Source of the DNA: Dehalococcoidia bacterium | Lineage (GTDB): Bacteria; Chloroflexota; Dehalococcoidia; Tepidiformales; Tepidiformaceae | Direction of reading: 5' to 3' | Length of the DNA stretch: 64,000 nt | Assembly (NCBI GenBank): GCA_020850615.1 | Contig: JADZEI010000066.1 | Location: 1,943-65,942 of the forward strand | Shown here: piece after piece, positions 61,419 to 64,000 of the stretch | Layout of the letters: every line of letters begins with the position of its first letter | Position numbering within the stretch: position 1 is the first letter of the stretch | Notes under the pieces: generated by a model | Told to the model about the DNA's origin: nothing | Databases searched by the model: none | Seen by the model: the letters and a program-made list of their open reading frames with translations, nothing else | Translations under genes and position numbers: made by a program

Positions 61419-61783
61419 GCCGGCCAGCGGAAGCGGACGACGGCGGCACCACGGTCGTGGCCATCGCGCGCGACGCTGTCGAGGCGGCGATCTGGACGGA
61501 CGCGCTGCGCGATGCCGGGATCGAGGCGGCGGCCTTCGAACGCGGGCCGGGCGCGGCGCTCGGCGGGGCGGCGCCGCCATGGTCGTCCTATCCCGTGGTC
61601 GTGCCGGCGGGGCGGCTCGCGGCCGCGCGCAACGTGATCGCGGAGCTCGCCGGCGGCGCCGTGCTCGCGCCCTACCGCGACATCGCCGAGGAACGGGCCC
61701 GGCGGGCGCGCGTGCTCTGGGTGGCCGGCGGGGCCGCGGCGGTGGTGCTCGGCTTCCTCGTCGTGGCGCTGCTGGTGGGCTGA
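61415..61783 (+). CDS. DUF2007-like small protein with C-terminal TM anchor
   Basis: ATG overlaps the pyk stop (ATGA). VVAIARDAVEAAIWTDALRDAGIEA… and a C-terminal VLWVAGGAAAVVLGFLVVALLVG. Confidence 0.55.
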   Translation: MSRPAEADDGGTTVVAIARDAVEAAIWTDALRDAGIEAAAFERGPGAALGGAAPPWSSYPVVVPAGRLAAARNVIAELAGGAVLAPYRDIAEERARRARVLWVAGGAAAVVLGFLVVALLVG

Positions 61784-61867
61784 GTTTGCCGCCACGCTAC
61801 CTTCTGATAACCGCGCGGTAACTTTTTCGCGGACTGATGCGTTTCTCCTGTTTGGGAACCCGCGGTA

Positions 61868-61896
61868 TTGACCGAACCGGGCTCCTCGACGATAAC
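61868..61896 (+). promoter_or_regulatory. candidate sigma-70-type promoter TTGACC-N17-GATAAC
   Basis: Lies in the locally AT-richer 250-nt gap upstream of the surface-protein gene (ATG 62032). 5/6 match at -35, 4/6 at -10, 17-nt spacer. Confidence 0.35.
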
Positions 61897-62031
61897 CAAA
61901 CTCGCACGCGAGCGTCCCGCCCGGGAAGTCGAGAGCCCGGCGGAACCAGGTGTTCGTGGTGCGTCCCGGCAGCGGCGCCCGGCGGGGTGCGCCCAACGGG
62001 TCCCTTATGGAGGGGCGTGTTGGCGGCACCT

Positions 62032-63702
62032 ATGGCGAATCTACCCTTCCGGCTCGCGCGTGGAGCCGGCATTTTGTTCCTTGCGGGCGCGTTGCTCGCC
62101 GGGGGCATCCCCCGGGCGGCATCCGTGCCGCGCGTCCAGGCAGCTGGTTGCCCCGTGGTCAGCGGCTTCGTCTACCACGACGTGAACAACAACGGCCTGC
62201 GCGATGAGGGCGAACCCCCGATCGCGGGCAGCTCGATCGAGCTCCGCACGCCCGCGGGCGCCGTGGTCGGCCGCGCGACGACGGACGCGAACGGCTACTA
62301 CCAGTTCCTCACGGACGAATCCGCGAACGCGCCGCTCCAGACGCAGACGCACTCCGTCACGTTCCCGACCGAGACGACGGACTGGACGGCGACGAAGGAG
62401 CTCCCGCAGTTCGACCCCGGCCTGGGCACGCTCAAGTCGCTCACGATCACGAACAGCGGCAGCATCACCAGCGCGATCAAGGCCGAAAGCCTCGACAGCG
62501 TCGCCTCCACCGTCTCCGCGACGGTGAGCGGCACGCTGACCGTGACCGCGCCCGGCGACCGCGACATCGCGACGGTCCCGACGGTGAACGCGGGTTCGTT
62601 CGAAGCCGCCGCCTACGACGGCGTGGCCGACTTCGAAGGCGACAGCGGGCACGACTTCGGCTCGCACACGGCCTCGGACTCGAACACCGTGACCCTGACG
62701 GACCCTGCCTCGCTCGCGCCCTACGTGGGCACCGGCGCGGCGACGTTCACGGCGAGCGTGATCGCGAGCTCTCGCACCAGCGGCAGCGGCAACGTGCTCA
62801 ACCAGATCAACACGACGGCGGGCGCCCAGCTCATGGTCGTCTACCAGTACCAGCCGCTCGTCTGCCTCACGCCCGGGCGCTACAACATCGTCCAGACGGT
62901 GCAGCCGCCGACCTACACCGACGGCCGCGAGACCGCGGGCAACGTCTCGCCGATCCCCGGCAGCGACCGCAGCGACACCATCCCGGTGGACCTTTCGACG
63001 GGCGACAAGCCGAACAACAACTTCGGCGAGCTGCGCGCCAGCCTCTCGGGCTACGTCTACGTCGACGATGACAACGACGGCAACCGCGACCAGGGCGAGG
63101 CGCCCATCCCGGGCGTTTCTATCCGCCTGACCGGCACGGATTCGAGCGGCGCCACGATCGACAAGACGGCGACGACGGACGGCAGCGGCTTCTACGCGTT
63201 CCGCAGCCTCCTCGCCGGCGACTACGTCATCGACGAGACGCAGCCGGCGGCCTACATCGACGGCAAGGACACGATCGGCTCGCAGGGCGGCAAGACGTCG
63301 AACGATCGGCACTACGACATCGACCTGCCCGCGGGCGTCGACGGCGTGAACAACAACTTCGGCGAGCGCTATGCCCCCACGCCGACGCCGACCGGCACCA
63401 GCACGCCCCCGAGCGGGACGCCGGGCACGGGCACGGCGACGGGAACGCCCCCGGGCGGCGGCACCGGCACCCCTCCGGGTGGCGGCACCGGCACCCCGGG
63501 CGGCACGACCAACCCGAACACGGGGGGCAACACACCCGGCGGCACGGTCGCCGGCGCGCGCACGCCGGGCGTGCCAGGCGCGGGTTCCGGCCTCTTCGAG
63601 ACGGCGAAGAGCCCGAGCGTGATCGTGGTCGGGCTCGTCATCTTCGCGGCATCCGGGTGGCTGGCGTTCCTGGCCCTGAACCGGAAGCGGCCTGAGGCGT
63701 AG
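62032..63702 (+). CDS. cell-surface protein with two SdrD B-like (Cna-B type) domains and C-terminal membrane anchor
   Basis: ATG 62032 in ORF 61837..63702. Signal peptide. SGFVYHDVNNNGLRDEGEPPIAGSSIEL…DANGYYQF and SGYVYVDDDNDGNRDQGEAPIPGVSIRL…DGSGFYAF (SdrD B-like). Pro/Gly/Thr linker and a TM + RKRPEA tail. Confidence 0.8.
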   Translation: MANLPFRLARGAGILFLAGALLAGGIPRAASVPRVQAAGCPVVSGFVYHDVNNNGLRDEGEPPIAGSSIELRTPAGAVVGRATTDANGYYQFLTDESANAPLQTQTHSVTFPTETTDWTATKELPQFDPGLGTLKSLTITNSGSITSAIKAESLDSVASTVSATVSGTLTVTAPGDRDIATVPTVNAGSFEAAAYDGVADFEGDSGHDFGSHTASDSNTVTLTDPASLAPYVGTGAATFTASVIASSRTSGSGNVLNQINTTAGAQLMVVYQYQPLVCLTPGRYNIVQTVQPPTYTDGRETAGNVSPIPGSDRSDTIPVDLSTGDKPNNNFGELRASLSGYVYVDDDNDGNRDQGEAPIPGVSIRLTGTDSSGATIDKTATTDGSGFYAFRSLLAGDYVIDETQPAAYIDGKDTIGSQGGKTSNDRHYDIDLPAGVDGVNNNFGERYAPTPTPTGTSTPPSGTPGTGTATGTPPGGGTGTPPGGGTGTPGGTTNPNTGGNTPGGTVAGARTPGVPGAGSGLFETAKSPSVIVVGLVIFAASGWLAFLALNRKRPEA

Positions 63703-63784
63703 GGCCGGGCAGCGGCGGGCGGGGTCAACCCCGTTGCAGCGGGCCCCCAGGTCACCCGGCCCGCCGCCCCGGCCCCACGGGACA

Positions 63785-63925
63785 ATTGCCGATTGTCGAT
63801 TGTCGATTGCCCCGGCCATCCAGGGGCGAAGCCGTAGCCGCGCCCCTCGTGGGCGCTCGCGCCAGCCCAACCCATGCCCCGCGGCAGCCATCGCCCGAGG
63901 GCAGGAGCGCAGCGACGGCCCGGCC
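63785..63925. repeat. heptamer array + A1 REP after the surface-protein gene
   Basis: GATTGTC-type heptamers 63785-63811. A1 forward 63834-63877 with the usual 3' extension to ~63925. Confidence 0.8.
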
Positions 63926-64000
63926 TCGGAGGCGAGGGGCGTGCCCCCGGGTGGCGGACCTGGCGCGCTGGTGCGAGGCGGTAGTACCAGGTCGCGGCCC

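Overview
Very GC-rich window (about 70 % by eye). It is densely coding on both strands, and I found no rRNA, tRNA or CRISPR array. The gene content looks like a high-GC soil or thermophile genome of the Actinomycetota or Chloroflexota type. I call about 64 protein genes.

Housekeeping genes: modAB, Sua5/TsaC, obg, glyQS, prfB with its programmed +1 frameshift, and pyk.

Redox and catabolic genes:
- an F420-type LLM oxidoreductase
- a deazaflavin-dependent nitroreductase
- two other nitroreductases
- a BBE-type FAD oxidase
- a Baeyer-Villiger monooxygenase
- an MDR quinone reductase
- an acyl-CoA dehydrogenase, two family-III CoA-transferases, an SDR and a crotonase

Transporters: an ABC-2 pair and an MMPL protein.

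Toxin-antitoxin pairs (four): two HicAB pairs in opposite gene order, AbrB/RelE-like, and Fic with a VbhA-like inhibitor.

Other notable genes: three Uma2 (DUF820) endonuclease genes, two of them a mosaic tandem pair; an IS110 transposase remnant; and a Zn-alcohol dehydrogenase broken by a 14-bp tandem duplication.

The most unusual property is the non-coding DNA. By my coordinate tally roughly 10 kb, about one sixth of the window, is a modular repeat system that fills almost every intergenic gap. The modules are:
- at least two families of GTAG-headed hairpin elements (REP-like, about 45 copies) that show compensatory stem substitutions
- a GC-rich CCCTCTCCCG...CGGGAGAGGG hairpin module
- GCGTRRAG octamer arrays that sit directly against gene ends
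- at least 13 arrays of tandem heptamers, similar to cyanobacterial STRR repeats, often arranged as inverted arms

A REP-associated tyrosine transposase (RAYT) gene at 59256-59723 lies between two inverted copies of the main REP class, which is the REPtron arrangement.

Other leads:
- a perfect GAAC-N4-GTTC LexA-type box in front of a 4-Cys/HTH gene and a membrane M23 peptidase
- a membrane-tethered LuxR-type regulator
- a secreted protein made of three copies of an unrecognised DGCLG...EYRYH module

All homology calls come from motif recognition by eye. Repeat coordinates are accurate to a few nucleotides.
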